From NCBI GenBank assembly GCA_951406725.2, contig OX597817.1, positions 69,564,001-69,628,000 of the forward strand: DNA of 64,000 nucleotides, written 5' to 3'. Each line of letters opens with the position of its first letter. The first letter of the stretch is position 1. The DNA comes from Octopus vulgaris. Lineage: Eukaryota. The notes under the pieces are model-generated. The model had not been told where the DNA came from and did no database searches. It saw nothing but the letters and a program-made list of their open reading frames with translations. Position numbers and translations under genes: made by a program. Below, one piece after another: positions 26,751 through 41,070 of this stretch.

Positions 26751-27862
26751 CATACATACATACATACATATATATGTATGTATGCCACAGAACCTCCTAA
26801 AACCAGACACCAGTATCTGAAGCATTATCTAAGCTTAAACCAATATCAATGTAACGTCGACAAACCATGAATCCAGAAACACTTACCACTTTACTAGAAT
26901 GAAGGACAACTCAGAATAATGAAATCCAGATGCAAAAAAATCACCAACAAGAATAATGAATATGAATTCCCATCATCAGCTACCATGCTGATATCACTAT
27001 GATTTTGACACCTGGACAGTTTCATTTAATCTGATAGAGTCAATAGCATTAAAAAGATAAATGCAGCCTAGAAATCAATAGTAACCAGCAGGAGTGAAGC
27101 ATTAGCATAGTATGTCTATTGCACCAATACCTGCTTGTTACTGCAAGCAACAGCATCAAATTAAACAATTAGTTTTAATGTATAGTTGCTAAGTAGTATG
27201 TATAAATATACAGATGGCGAGGGTAGGAGGAGTAAGTTTGTGTCTCCTTGTCTAGATTATTACCCAATAGTTGTAAATGAGCTTCACTATCATACATGTA
27301 ATGGCCTTCATTTCCAATCTTCTGTAAAAACATGTCTGATCATAAGGAAATATTACCTGACTTAGAAGTGGGTGATGGTTGATGGCAAGAAAGGCATCCA
27401 CCTGTAGAAAATTTGCCCCAATGAATTTTGTCATACCTATGCAAGCATGGAAAAGTGACTGAGAAAATGATGATGATAATAGAAATTTTATTATCATATT
27501 AAGTTTTGCTTTCTTTGAATTTAAAAAAAATTAACTACCTTTAAATGATAATTTGATTAAAGACCTCATTCCTCAACCATTACTCCAAATAAAAGGCTGA
27601 AGTAAATGAAACAAAAGAAATAAGGGCCATCAAGGGAAAGAAATATTCCCTGATATGGTCAGACAAATTATCAAAGAAAGAAATTATCAAAGAACTGACA
27701 TTCAAACAATAATTATGATTTAATGAATTGTCTTCGTTAATTTGTACGGGTGATTAATTTTTAGAATTTGAACTGGTTCTTGATACCAAAGAAAGGAAGG
27801 AAGAATAAACATGTATGTGTGTGTGTGTGAATGTGTGTGTGTGAATGTGTGTGTGTGAGTGA

Positions 27863-27910
<48 letters not shown>

Positions 27911-28359
27911 GTTGATCATCATTTGTTGCAACTCCCTACTCTAATATTGAAATAACCCCTTCAACATTGAGCTTTGACTTTCTAGATAGTGAGTGAAATA
28001 TTTAAGCATCAAATAGTTTTTGTTAGTTTCTATTTTTGTTCTTTTTCTTTAATTTTTCATGTTTTATTTTCTTTCTTTTTTTTTTTTATATTGGAACGGT
28101 TTGAACAAAATCAATCCTATTAGTCAACATTTTTAGATATAAAGTGAATCGTAATATAATGTATTGTGTTTTTGTTTTATATATTCTTTCTTTAATTCTT
28201 TTTTCCCCCCCTGTACGATTGTCTTCTTTATTTAATTTCTTTTTTTTTTTTCCTGTCTGAGATAAATACAGATTTTTCAAAAATTATTTCTTTTAGTTCG
28301 TGAATGAATTTAACAAAATGAGACAAGACTAATGCCAAAATGCATTCACTTCATTAACA

Positions 28360-28441
28360 CACACACACACACACACATAGATATGTATGTGTATATATAT
28401 ATATGCATGTAAATATATATGAATATATATATATATATACA

Positions 28442-28508
<67 letters not shown>

Positions 28509-28590
28509 TATACATATATATACATATATATATACATATATATACATATATATATATATATATGCATGTATGTATATGTATATATATATG

Positions 28591-28632
<42 letters not shown>
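28360..28632. repeat. (TA)n-rich microsatellite
   Basis: Direct reading. Confidence 0.95.
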
Positions 28633-28638
<6 letters not shown>

Positions 28639-29771
28639 TACAAACTTATATATATTTATTTATTTATTTTTCAGGTTTCCTTTCCATTAGAATTTAGCTA
28701 CTGAAATAAATTTTCAAAAAGAAAACACGACAATTGCCTGGAAGAAGATATAAATTTAAATAAACTAGAGAGGGAAAAAAAAGATTATTCTCTCATAAAG
28801 TAACCTCATCTAATAAAAGAAAGAAAAATACTCCAACAAAACAGTTTAGAAAGCTAATGTAAATGATATTTTAACAGATACAAAAAAAAAATCACTCGCT
28901 TGTAACCATTGCCATGCATTAAACTGCTTTAATGCTCTATAAATGTTATGTTATTTATTAATCTCTATGAAGATTGCTTTATTTATAACCCTTTTCTCCA
29001 TGTTTGTATAGATAAAATGCTGTATTTATGTTAAGAGCAGTACATTTTTATTTTTTGGGGAGGGTGTGTTTTTTCCTTCTCCTTACTCTCTGCTCTTCCT
29101 CCCATCATAAAGTATGAGAAAGGGGTGCTTGTTTTTTCTTTATCATTTATTTATTTATTATTAGTTAGACAGTTAGAGGGAGCATTCAGCTAGAGGGAGC
29201 ATTCAGCTAGAGTTGTATACCTTGCTCAAGGGCACTCCACAACTAGCTGAAATAAGATTTGAACTTATGACACTGTGCTCAATAGCCCAACACATCAATC
29301 ACTCAGCCATTGTATCCATTGTTCTTGTAGTTGTACCTCTTTTGTTGTATATCTAATGTGAAGTCTAATCAAGCAGAACTAACCTGGGTATGATGATTCC
29401 ATATTTTTCTCTTTTCAAACATAGTCTATCCTGGCCTACAATATTCAGTGCATCCCTTGTTTTTCAGAATGTTAGAGCATGATTTGAGAAATATTTGGCT
29501 GTTATTTTTTGAAAGATCAAGTGAAATATATAGATTAGGTGGCTGTCAAAGTAAAATTCTGAAAAAGGATGCAAATATAAAATCTTTGAAATATTTGATA
29601 AACCATTTACACATATATATATGTATATATATATATAAGAGATAATGGTGTCATTGAGACCCAAAGGTGTCAGGTAATGCTGAATAAGTGCTATAGACAT
29701 ACCATAGTTAAGTTCCACATTCGATAATATTGCAAATAAAGGGTTCAATGTTGGTTCTATGTCAGCATGTG

Positions 29772-29974
29772 TATATAAGAATTTTTTGCATAACAAGATA
29801 AAAAACCAAGAGTGTATAGCTATCAGAGCATTTATAGATAGAAGGTCTTACAGCTGTTTCTAGGATATTAATTAATAATATCCTAGAAACAGCTGTAAGA
29901 CCTTCTATCTATAAATGCTCTGATATCTATACAGCCTTGGTTTTTTATCTTATTATGCAAAAAATTCTTATATA
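29772..29974. repeat. Near-perfect ~200-bp palindrome derived from a Penelope-like terminal repeat
   Basis: About 100-bp arms with few mismatches; arms homologous to 41020-41095. Confidence 0.9.
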
Positions 29975-31671
29975 TATGATAAGCCATAGGCATAAAAGTC
30001 ACAGCACAACATACATTAATCTTTACTGTAAATGAAAATTGAAGAGCTAGTATGAAATGCTAAAAGTATCCTAATGGAGGGAGAACTTTGTCTTTATAGC
30101 AAGGCTGACTTAAAAATAACTTTGAGTGTTGTGTTGAGTTAAATGTGATTTGGAAGGTAAAATAGTATGCACTCTCGAAAAGAATGGTCTGAAGCACTTT
30201 GGGAATCATGTGAGGCATGAGGATGAGCATTTGTGGTACTTCCAGTTGAGGTGAGACACCATGGGTTTGTAGTTAGATCAACAATATTCTACCTGTTTGG
30301 CACTGGACATGGAAAGAACAGCTGAGCAGTGATTTGCAAACAGAATTGAAAAACAGGAACTGCAGTATCATGAATATGGATGGGCTACATGAGAGAAAGA
30401 GCAAAATTGAGAGTAAAGAACATATCCTCAGTGAGTAAAATAAAATAGTTGTTGCATGGTTTAAATGCTTGTGGCTGTATGGAGCATTGTGTAAAAGAGT
30501 GCTTGAATGAGGGTGGGAAAATGTACACTCAGTGGTTAAAATGTTTGGCTCATAATTGTAAGATCATTGATTCTTCGGCCAATAGAATATATGCTTTCCT
30601 TGAACAAGATGCTTCATTTCCCATTCTTTCATTCTATTCGTCCTCTAAATGAGATCAGCCTAGTTTTCTGATGTAGATATACTCCTTCTCTCTTTCTATT
30701 TGTTACATCCTGGATTTTCTGCAGAATCAAGGATGAGGAAACGGTAAAAGCAAAAAACTGTATAAGCCTAATCATGGCAATGCTGCCACCCATGCTTACC
30801 CACCAGTAACAGCTGGCTGTATGAGTGTAGGGCAGAAGAACCTGGACTTTTCTTGATAGCATTAATGATGTCTGGCATTGATGGCACAAGCAATATTGTC
30901 AGAAGAAGTCAAAATTATTGTTTCTCCTGATGCCAGCTGTTGAAGAGAATGCTCTTCAGTGTGAGACATATAGAAAGGTGCCAGTGAAATTCATTAATTC
31001 CACTGCCACTATTTTGGGTCATAATGGTAAATGGTTTGATATCACTGAAGTTGTTAGTGTTTCTACAAGTGTAGTTGTTGTTGCTATTGATCTTGTTTAT
31101 CCTGTCCTAGATCAGTTCTGACCATGGTGTTCTAGATGTGGCTATCTTCTCCATTTTGAGTCTGGTGCAGCCCCTCAGCTTACCAGCCCTAGTCAAACTG
31201 TCCAACCCATGCCAGCATGGACAATGGATGTTACACAATGATGATGATGAAAATATCTGTGCTTTTTTTTCTCCCTCTTTTTATGATCCCTTTTGATCGA
31301 AAACCTACCTCCTTTTTATTTTATATTTTTATTTTTATTTTATTTTTTTTCTTTCTCCCCAAAAAGAAAAGCTCTACTTTGTAATTTGTCTCCTCTGTGT
31401 TCAGCTCTGTGTGACTAATAAAGAAACATTATTGAAATAAGGCAGAAGAGTACGATTTTCTTGTAATTTTGTTGTTATTTCTAGCATATCAAGAAATTGC
31501 TTAGTGGTATCTCTCATTTTACAGGTAGGTGTGTTAAATTATAAGGCACTAAAGGAGAATGACTCTCCCCAGACACAATAGAGTATAAATTTAAAGTAAA
31601 CAGAAATTGGAGAAATATTGATCATCAACATCGATTATTATTTTTTAATTCAATACAAATAGACTGCATCC

Positions 31672-31788
31672 CAGCTAACAGCTGTTTCCGCTTCCAATGT
31701 TATGTGGTATTGCCATTGATATTCTAAAAATAATATTCATCATATTTGGTAATAAATGTGATCTGGAACATGGAGCTTCATCAGAGTG
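31672..31788 (-). ncRNA. Type-I hammerhead ribozyme motif with extended stem II
   Basis: Minus strand: CACU-CUGAUGA-A-GCUCCAUGUU...AACAUUGGAAGC-G-GAAA-CAGCUG-UU-AGCUG. Confidence 0.6.
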
Positions 31789-32389
31789 AAGAAAAATACA
31801 TACATAAAAAGAAAAGAAAAGAAGAAAAGAAGAAGAGCCTCGAGAGGAAAAGGAAAGGCTTAATATGTTTAAATCATAATATTTTGCTTATGTGTCACTT
31901 TGGGATGTTGAGTAAACGACTAAACTTAAAATAGGAATTGGTGCGTTAATTTTTCTATGGGGGGTAATAGGGTGGATAAGTGATAAAAAAAGTAAAACTA
32001 AAAAAATTTACAATAACGGGATACGCTAATAGGTTTAGTCAAAGAGGGAGTAAAGGTACCGTAAAGTTTTGAAGTAAACATAATAGTTTTTAATAATTAT
32101 GTTTATAGGACTAATTAATAGTTTATCATAATAAAGTGCCCAACAGTTAATTTCAATTATTTGCTTACTAATATGTTGTAAAGGCCAACCACCTATTTCT
32201 CATAATGGGATTGACCAAGGTCCAACTTTTAATATATTGACCAGTTAACTGACCAATTATATCAAACACTAGACCTTGGTCAATCCCAATACAGGCAACA
32301 TATACTATGGAACATAGATGTTAAATGATGATGATGATGATATATTTATACACACACATATATGTAGATAGATAGATTAAATATATAGG

Positions 32390-32705
32390 CAGTGGTGGAC
32401 TGGCCAGGTTGCCAGCTTGCCCAATGGCAAGTGGGCCCCTGTGCCATTAGAATCAATATATGGGGGCCTATGTTAGTATCTAAGGGGCCCATCCCCTCAA
32501 GTTTGAAAATTTTTTATTCACTCTCGGAAGAATGCATTAATTATTTCAGCCTGGCTGTGTTTATAGACAGTTGAAAAGAATACTTTTAACAAAAAAAAAA
32601 AAGATAAAATGATAGCATTGTAGTTGTAGGTGGGCCCTCTTGTAGCTGCAGGTGGGCCTCCTTAGTCCCCTGGTAACCAATAGTTTTAGACCCAGTCTGC
32701 CACAG
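32390..32705. mobile_element. MITE with CAGTGG.GGACTGG-type TIRs (hAT-like)
   Basis: CAGTGGTGGACTGG ... CCAGTCTGCCACAG; internal GGGCCC motifs. Confidence 0.65.
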
Positions 32706-32825
32706 TATATAGGTATACACACACACACACACATATATATATATACATATATATATATACATATACACACACATATATACATATATGCACATAAACATAT
32801 ATATTCATACATACACACACATATT

Positions 32826-33019
32826 TTCTGTAAATAATGGTAATAATTATAAGGTTAAAGCTTATAAACATTCACCATCTATTGGCTAAAGAAAAAAGCC
32901 TAATATTGGGGAATAATAAACCCCAAACCCCAATATTAGACAATTTTCTTCAGAGACAATACATGATAAAATATTTATAAGCTTTAAGCTTATAATTATT
33001 ATTATCATTATTTACAGAA
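32826..33019. repeat. About 195-bp imperfect hairpin
   Basis: TTCTGTAAATAATG... / ...CATTATTTACAGAA outer arms; CTAATATTGGGG / CCCCAATATTAG inner stem. Confidence 0.85.
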
Positions 33020-34078
33020 TTTTCACTTGTTACTGTTTCTTTATTTAATGCAGAACACACGCACACACACACACAGAGGACAGGTTACTTTCAGTTTCCT
33101 CTCTCAAGGCTTCGGTTAGCTCAGAGCAATAATACTTATCCTAGATTCCTTGCAGTGAGACTGAACCTAAAACTGTCTGGTTGGGAAGCAAGCTTCTTAC
33201 CACATAGTTATGCCTGAGACTATGTTAACATCATCTGAGAATATAATAAATGGTTTCGACTGTATATGGTTGAGATGCATTTATTTGGCTAACGAATGAA
33301 TCTGAAGGTGTGTGTTTGGACTAGAACATTATGCAATTGTCTATAAATATAGTTATTCCATTATAAATCCCAACGGTATTGTCCAAAGTTGTGCAACAAT
33401 TTAACAATAGTGCACTAATGTCAATTCTTTGAACTTTTTTTTTTTGCATTACATTGTTTCATGAATCAATCAGATCAGTTCCCATTCTTCAATCTGAGGT
33501 ACAATAACTGTCGCAGTTAAAATGCCTGACTACATACTACATAGTCATGAGTTTAAATGTTACTAAATTCATTGTGTTTTACTCTTGGGAACCAGAAGAT
33601 TTATCTTTTCTTTTTTTTTCCTATATTTTCCATTTTTCTGTATACCTTGTCTTCTAATTTCTTTCTCTTAGAAACTAAATAATACAAGGCATCATTCCTA
33701 GAGTGGAATGTACATTTTCAATATCTATTTGTTAGAAGATATAATAAATAACACATTCTATAGTCTCTTGCTAATATTTCTAACTTGGTTCTTTATGATT
33801 ATAAGTGGTTTATTAGAATTTCTGTTTAAAATACTTTTGGTCCCCATTGAGCTTTCCATAATGATAGTGCTTACTGAATTGAAGGGTGGAATTGTTAAAG
33901 CATCACTAAAGTGCCTTGTGGTATTTCTTCCAAGTTTTTTTTATACTGAGTTAAAATCCCACCATGGTCAACTTTTGTCTTTTGTTCAATCAGGATTGAT
34001 AAAATAAACTGCTCGTCATGTGCTGGGGCCTATGGTATCACCAGCCCTATCTCTAAAACAGAAACAATTATTATCAAA

Positions 34079-34125
<47 letters not shown>

Positions 34126-34126
34126 T

Positions 34127-34880
34127 AAAAACGAAAGCGCTAATCTGTGTTGCCCAAGAGCAAGCATTAAGAACCAATTACATCAAATACAGAATAGACA
34201 ACACATAGGAAAGTGATAAGGGCAGAATTTGTGGACAAAATGGTGAAGCCGTGTGGCATATTACCAGTCAATGTACACCACTAGCCCAGAAAGAATTTAA
34301 GAGACATCATGACAATATAGCAAGAATTGTCCAATGGACACTTTGCAACAAGTATGGACTTGACAGAGCAAAAAAATGGTATGAACATAAACCTGAAGGC
34401 ATCATCGAAAATGATAATGCAATGATCCTATGGGATTTTATGATTCAGTGCGACCATGAGATAGAGAATATGAAGCCAGACATAGTCTTAATTGAGAAAG
34501 AAAGCAAATGATGCTGGATCATAGATATAGCATGTCCAGCTGACAACAAGGTATGTGATAAGGAAGAAAGAAAAGTCAATAGATATGACAGGTTAGCTTG
34601 GAAGGATAAGCAGTTGTGGTCGCTGATAAAGGTGGTAGTAGTACCAATAATTGTTGGAGCCCTGGGAATGGTGAGTAAAAATCTTGAGAAGTACATGGAA
34701 CGAATAGGGGCTGCAATAAGGGTGGAGTATTTGCAGAAAACAGCACTGCTTGGAACTGCTCGAATACTCCAGATGGTGTTAAAAAAATAAGGGGTGTTAC
34801 CTTAGTTTACTGGTAGTGAACAGCTGACACCACAGTACATCTCCAGCATTAGAAGGTGTGCAAAGACAATAAATAATAAT
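34127..34880 (+). mobile_element. RLE LINE 3' fragment (R4/Dong-like), 5'-truncated, in (AAT)n
   Basis: Zinc-knuckle remnant RICGQNGEAVWHITSQC, RHHD motif, ILWDF, KPDIVLIEK..IIDIACP endonuclease motif; in-frame stops; (AAT)n on both sides. Confidence 0.9.
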
Positions 34881-34893
34881 AATAAGAAGAAAT

Positions 34894-35440
34894 GCCCTGA
34901 TGCAATACCAGGCAGTGGCTCTCATGGCTTCTGAACTTAAATGATTGGAAGTGTTATCATGTACATTGTTTTGTCTTGGTATATAAGATGGGCTATAGCA
35001 AATATTCTGCTCAATACCACAGATTTGCTTGTCGGTTGTTTGACCTGAACCAGTTGAGCATGTCCAATAATGGCTGAGGATATGTTCATCTCAGTGGGGT
35101 GGGTGTAGGGGCATCATAACCATGTGTTGAGAGGAATTCTTTGGTGTTTGACCAATTCACCTCTGGAAACATGGGTGTCTCATTCATCCTCCTCAAAAAA
35201 TCCTTATTCAGAGACCTTTTGAGCAAGATAAGCTACTCAACATGAAGAAAAGTCTTACTGGGCTTCACCTGCAAGTTCATGAGCTGTGTATCTTGATATG
35301 TAATTACCATGTTGCACTCATATGGCTGTGATGCATATACCTGGTGTACCCTTATCAGGCAGGTAGTCATGATGGGTATACTAAGCTTTGTATATTATAT
35401 CCCAGTGACACTTTGATGGCATGTGCTGCTCTCTCACTCA
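34894..35440. mobile_element. Family F repeat, copy 2
   Basis: Homologous to 4228-4778. Confidence 0.8.
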
Positions 35441-35443
35441 GCA

Positions 35444-35488
<45 letters not shown>

Positions 35489-35851
35489 GTCCTTTGAACT
35501 ATAAACATAGACCCTGAAATTTTAGGGGAAAGGTGGTCAATTACACCCCACCCTACCCAGTATGCAACAGGTATTTATTTTATCTTCTCTAAAAGATAAA
35601 AATTTTGTCTGGCACAGCAGTAATTCTGCCATCTCAACACCTTAATGATAATGACAACAGCAAATGATGAAACAGCAATAATAATGAAATGATAATGATA
35701 ATAATGATAAAACAATCTTATACAGCATTAGTTAACCTTGAGCATATTTATTAACCTTGGACGTCTTTATGTATGTTTTCCAAGATTTACATAATTCTTG
35801 CTTAAGAAATGAAAATCTGGATGGGCTTCTGAAGCTATGAATAATATAGAT

Positions 35852-35885
<34 letters not shown>

Positions 35886-36046
35886 GCTGCAGCAGCAGCA
35901 GCAATAACAACAACTGCAATAATGAAATGATTTTCAAATTGATACAATATGTGTATAGTAATGTCTGAACTATGACAGCACAGGAAAAAGTTTTTCTCGT
36001 ATTAAATAAACAATATATGATATAATGATTACTGATTGCAAACGAC

Positions 36047-36201
36047 CTTTGAGGTTGAAACATTGGCAACATATAAACTGATGGAAGACAACAGTAAACA
36101 GAATCCCTTTTGCTGGCTCTTTTGCAGCAATGTCTGTATTGATTGGCGTTGGTCTGGTGTCTTCAATGCTATTTTGTTGTAAAAATTCTTGTCTCACTAT
36201 A
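36047..36201 (-). CDS. Possible internal exon IVRQEFLQQNSIEDTRPTPINTDIAAKEPAKGILFTVVFHQFICCQCFNLK, product unknown
   Basis: Acceptor ttctgttatatagtttcag, 51 open codons in complex unique sequence, weak donor AAG|gtcgtt. Confidence 0.2.
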
Positions 36202-36609
36202 CTGAAACTATATAACAGAAATTGAGATACTTAATTTTATAAAAATTATCATCACCACCATCACAACCAATCACCATCATCACTACCAAAACCTTGTTCC
36301 TCCTAATCATCATCATCATCATCATCATTATTATCATCATATTAATCTGCTTCTTCCTGTGTTTTTTGCTGTTTTATCCATGTGTTACATCAAGGGTGGT
36401 AAAAACTCAAATGGAGAAATATATAAAGAGAAGGAAAGAGAGAAACTGAAATAGCAGAATCAGTGAAAAATGGAAAGAGAAAACAAGAGAGAAAATCAGA
36501 AAGGGGGGAGGAGGAAAGAGAGAGAGAGAGAGAGAAGGTCCACATTATTCAGCATTTATGTGTTTAAATCCCAGGCACAGTAAAAATGTTTAACATAATG
36601 AAATACGTC

Positions 36610-36760
36610 ATTGGCATTAGGAAGGGCATCCAGCCGTAGAAACACTGCCAAATCTGACTGGGCCTGATGAAGCCTTCCGGCTTCACAGACCCCAGTTAAA
36701 CCGTCCAACCCATGCTAGCATGGAAAACAGACGCTAAATGATGATGATGATGATGATGAT
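36610..36760 (+). mobile_element. Family C 3' end
   Basis: TTGGCATTAGGAAGGGCATCCAGCCGTAGAAAC ... (GAT)n. Confidence 0.8.
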
Positions 36761-36809
36761 GAAGGTTTATAAATTTATGCATTAAAAGATATAATGATAG
36801 AGTTATATG

Positions 36810-37258
36810 TTTCTTTATTACCCACAAGGGGCTAAACATAGAGGGGACAAACAAGGACAGATAAACGGATTAAGTCGATTACATTGACCCCAGTGCATAA
36901 CTGGAACTTAATTTATGGACCCTGAAAGGATGAAAGGCAAAATTGACCTTGGCGGAATTTGAACTCAGAATGTAACGGCAGATGAAATACGGCTACGCAT
37001 TTCGCCCGGCATGCTAACGTTTCTTTTTTCTTTACTGCCCACAAGGGGCTACACACAGGGGGGACAAACAAGGACAGACAAAAGGATTAAGTCGATTATA
37101 TCGACCCCAGTGCGTAACTGGTACTTAATTTATCGACCCCGAAAGGATGAAAGGCAAAGTTGACCTTGGCAGAATTTGAACTCAGAACGTAACGGCAGAT
37201 GAAATACGGCTACGCATGTCGCCCGGCATGCTAACGTTTCTGCCAGCTCGCTGCCTTT
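36810..37258 (-). mobile_element. SINE family B dimer
   Basis: Two ~220-bp units, reverse complement of 9581-10000. Confidence 0.85.
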
Positions 37259-37921
37259 AATGAGTTATATTAACATGAAATTATGTTAATTAGCAAATAG
37301 CAGCAAATGTTGAACTTTCATCTTTTATGTGTTTCTGTCCTATTTATGATGTACAATATTGGGTTGTTGTTTTTTTTCGTTTTTTTTTTCAGAAAGTAAA
37401 CTCTATAAAATAACATGTAAATCACATATACATAGCCCTGTTTGTAATGTAAAATTTTTGTATCCAATTCAGTGAATAAGTTCATGCTCTTTCCTATGTC
37501 TGTATCATATGAATTATAGTTTGTTTTTGTCTATTTTGCAAATATGTAATAAAGATTATAAATAATAAATATTTAATCAAAAGATATGAGTAAATTTTAT
37601 ATTTTTAAGTCATATTTTATTTCCTTAAACTATAAAGCACATCATATCTGTCAAATGTATTACAAGGAGGTAAATAAGCAATACCATCTCAAATCTTTTC
37701 AATTATATTTAAAAGTGCAGTTTTGATTAAATGACAGGATTTCAAAAGAAATTTTCCGCTAGTCATTAAAACTGTGAGGGCAGTGGAATGGCAGAATTGT
37801 TAGAATACCACAGAACAAGCATTGCAATATTTTCTTTAATTGATTAATTTTTGTTTGTACACTGAGTTTAAATTCTGCTGAAGTCAACTTTGCTTTGGAA
37901 ACAATTATTACCATTATCATT

Positions 37922-37953
<32 letters not shown>

Positions 37954-38234
37954 CATCATTATTATTATTATTAAGGTGGTGGGCTGGCAGAATCGTATGC
38001 ATGCAGGGTTAAATATATACTGGTAATTCGTCCGACTTTACACTCTGAGTTCAAATTACTCCAAGGTCGGCTTTGCCTTTCATCCTTTTGGGGTCAAAAT
38101 ATCAGTTACCAGTTGAGTACTGGGGTCAATGTAATTGACTTAACCCCTCTCCCTAAATTTCAGGCCTTGTGCCTATAATACAAAGGATTATTATTATCAA
38201 TATTATTATTATTATTATTATTATTACTCGTTTA

Positions 38235-38629
38235 CTCTTTACTCTTTTACTTGTTTCAGTCATTTGCTCTGCGGCCATGCTGGAGCACCGCCTTTAATCG
38301 AGCAACTCGACCCCGGGACTTATTCTTTTGTAAGCCCAGTACTTATTCTATCAGTCTCTTTTGCCAAACCGCTAAGTAACAGGGACATAAACACACCAGC
38401 ATCAGTTGTCAAGCAATGCTAGGGGGACAAACACAGACACACAAACACACACGCATATATATATACACATATATACGACGGGTTTCTTTCAGTTTCCGTC
38501 TACCAAATTCACTCACAAGGCTTTGGTTGGACTGAGGCTATAGTAGAAGACACTTGCCCAAGGTGCCACGCAGTGGGACTGAACCCGGAACCATGTGGTT
38601 GGTAAACAAGCTACTTACCACACAGCCAC

Positions 38630-38630
<1 letters not shown>
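38235..38630 (-). mobile_element. SINE family A, well-preserved full-length copy
   Basis: Reverse complement head AGTGGCTGTGTGGTAAGTAGCTTG..GGTTCCGGGTTCAGTCCC; CpGs retained; inserted in (ATT)n. Further copies at about 2640, 23800, 33085, 41693, 46628, 48600, 51900, 55560, 59570, 61880 and 63901. Confidence 0.9.
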
Positions 38631-38660
<30 letters not shown>

Positions 38661-38694
38661 CATTATTATTATTATTTTCTTTTTTTTTTACCAT

Positions 38695-39125
38695 GTGATG
38701 AAAACTCACAGCTTATTTTGCTGGGTATGATGGAAAGCATCAGCTGTCCACAGCCAGCAGACTAAGGTGACACTTGTTTACAGGTCATGCTTCAAAAACC
38801 CTGTGAAGAATTCTTGCAGTTCCAAGCAATGCTGATTTTTGTAGGTGTTCTAATTTCACACTTGCCCCGATCTTTTCCAGCCATGCTGGTAGTTGAGTGC
38901 TAATGCTTCCAAGTGCACCAATTACTATTGGTATCAACGTCGACTCTCTTCATTGACCACAACTTTAGTATTTCCCACTTCAAACCTTCATAGGTGTTTA
39001 TTTTGTCTTCTTCTTTCCCATTGATCCTGTTGGCACCAAGGCTTGCTATGTCAATTATCATGCAAATTCTTTCTTTTTTATTCACCACAACAATGTCTGG
39101 CTTCTGATGTCTGGTTTCCAATGTC
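38695..39125 (-). mobile_element. RLE LINE 3' fragment
   Basis: HQKPDIVVVNKKERICMIIDIA..EEDKINTYEGLKWEILKLW; same domain as 34127-34880. Confidence 0.85.
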
Positions 39126-39371
39126 TACTCTTTGTTTCAATTCTTCCAATATCACATCATAACCTTTATCTCTAATTCTATATGTTCTTTCCAGCATTAT
39201 TCTTATGCTTTCATTTTGCAGTTCCCCTCTTCTCAATCTATCAACTTGTCCTAAATGTCTTTTTAACTTTGTTTCTCACAAATTCATCTATGTCAGTATG
39301 GTTCTTTACCTTCTGTTTGTTCTTTTCTTTTGTATCCAACCTTATATGCAGCAATCATAGCATAGCCTAAA

Positions 39372-39834
<463 letters not shown>

Positions 39835-40796
39835 TGTGGAACGAAGTTGTGAGAGAGGATCTTTGGATGCTGGGCCTTACTGAGGAAATGGCAAGGGACC
39901 AGGTGATGTAATGATTTGCTGTACTTGATAAGATGCATCAAACTATGTAAAATCACTTCCATACATACAGGCTTGTCCTTTCAGATACTACATGAAAAAC
40001 ACCCGTGCTGGTGCTGTATTAATTCACCCATGCCAGTGCTGCATAAATGCACCCATGCTGGTGGCTTGTAAAAAGCACCCAGCACACTCTGTTAGGTGGT
40101 TGGCATTAGGAAGGGCATCCAGCCATAGAAACCATGCCACAACAGATAACCTGGAGTCTGGACAGCTCCCTGCTAGCCAGCTCCATGTCAAACAGTCCAA
40201 CCCATGCCAGCATGGAAAGTGGACATTAAACGATGATGATGATGATGGATGGATGTATATGTGTGTTCATGTAATTATGCATGAATATATGTATAACTGT
40301 ACATATCTGTCTATTTATCCATCCATTTGTCCATCCATCCGTCCATCAATCCGTCTGTCTGTCTATCTATCTATTTAGTGGCTCAGTGGTTAAGGTGTTG
40401 CACTGACAATGGTGAGATCATGGGTTCATTTCTCAGACCAGGCGTTGCGTTGTACTCTTAAGTAAAGCACTTCATTTCACATTGCTCTGCAATCATTTTG
40501 TCATCTGACATGTGACACATGTTGCATCTGTACATGTCATCTGACATGTGACACCTGTTGCAGCATGTCGATTTGATAGAGGGAGGGAGTGAGCTTAAGA
40601 GTGCACAAGCATTTGATTACTATAAACAAATCATCTGTGTTGTTATTCGATAAGAAATTGCTGAACCCATGTATGTCATCTAACAACAGGAGAGTCCATC
40701 ATATCTATCTATCTAGCTATCTATCTGTCTGTCTGTCTGTCTGTCGGTCTGCCTGCCTGCCTGCCTGTCTGTCTGTCTGTCTGTCTATCTATCTTA

Positions 40797-40846
<50 letters not shown>

Positions 40847-41070
40847 GGGTATGAAAGGTATTGGTGTCAGGAAGACCCAAAAGATCTTGGGTGAACACTT
40901 AGTAAGTGCTATGGATAGACCATGGTTAAGCTCCAGGCTTGATAATGATACGAGTGAGGAGTTCAATGTGGGTCATGTATTAGCATGTATATATATATAT
41001 ATAAAAAATTGACAGAATGAGATAAAAAACCAAGGCAGTAAATTGATTTCATAACATTTATCAAGAAAAA

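Noticed and set aside
30918-31121. ORF with protein-like composition (AVEENALQCETYRKVPVKF...)
   Set aside because: No good donor site or recognisable domain
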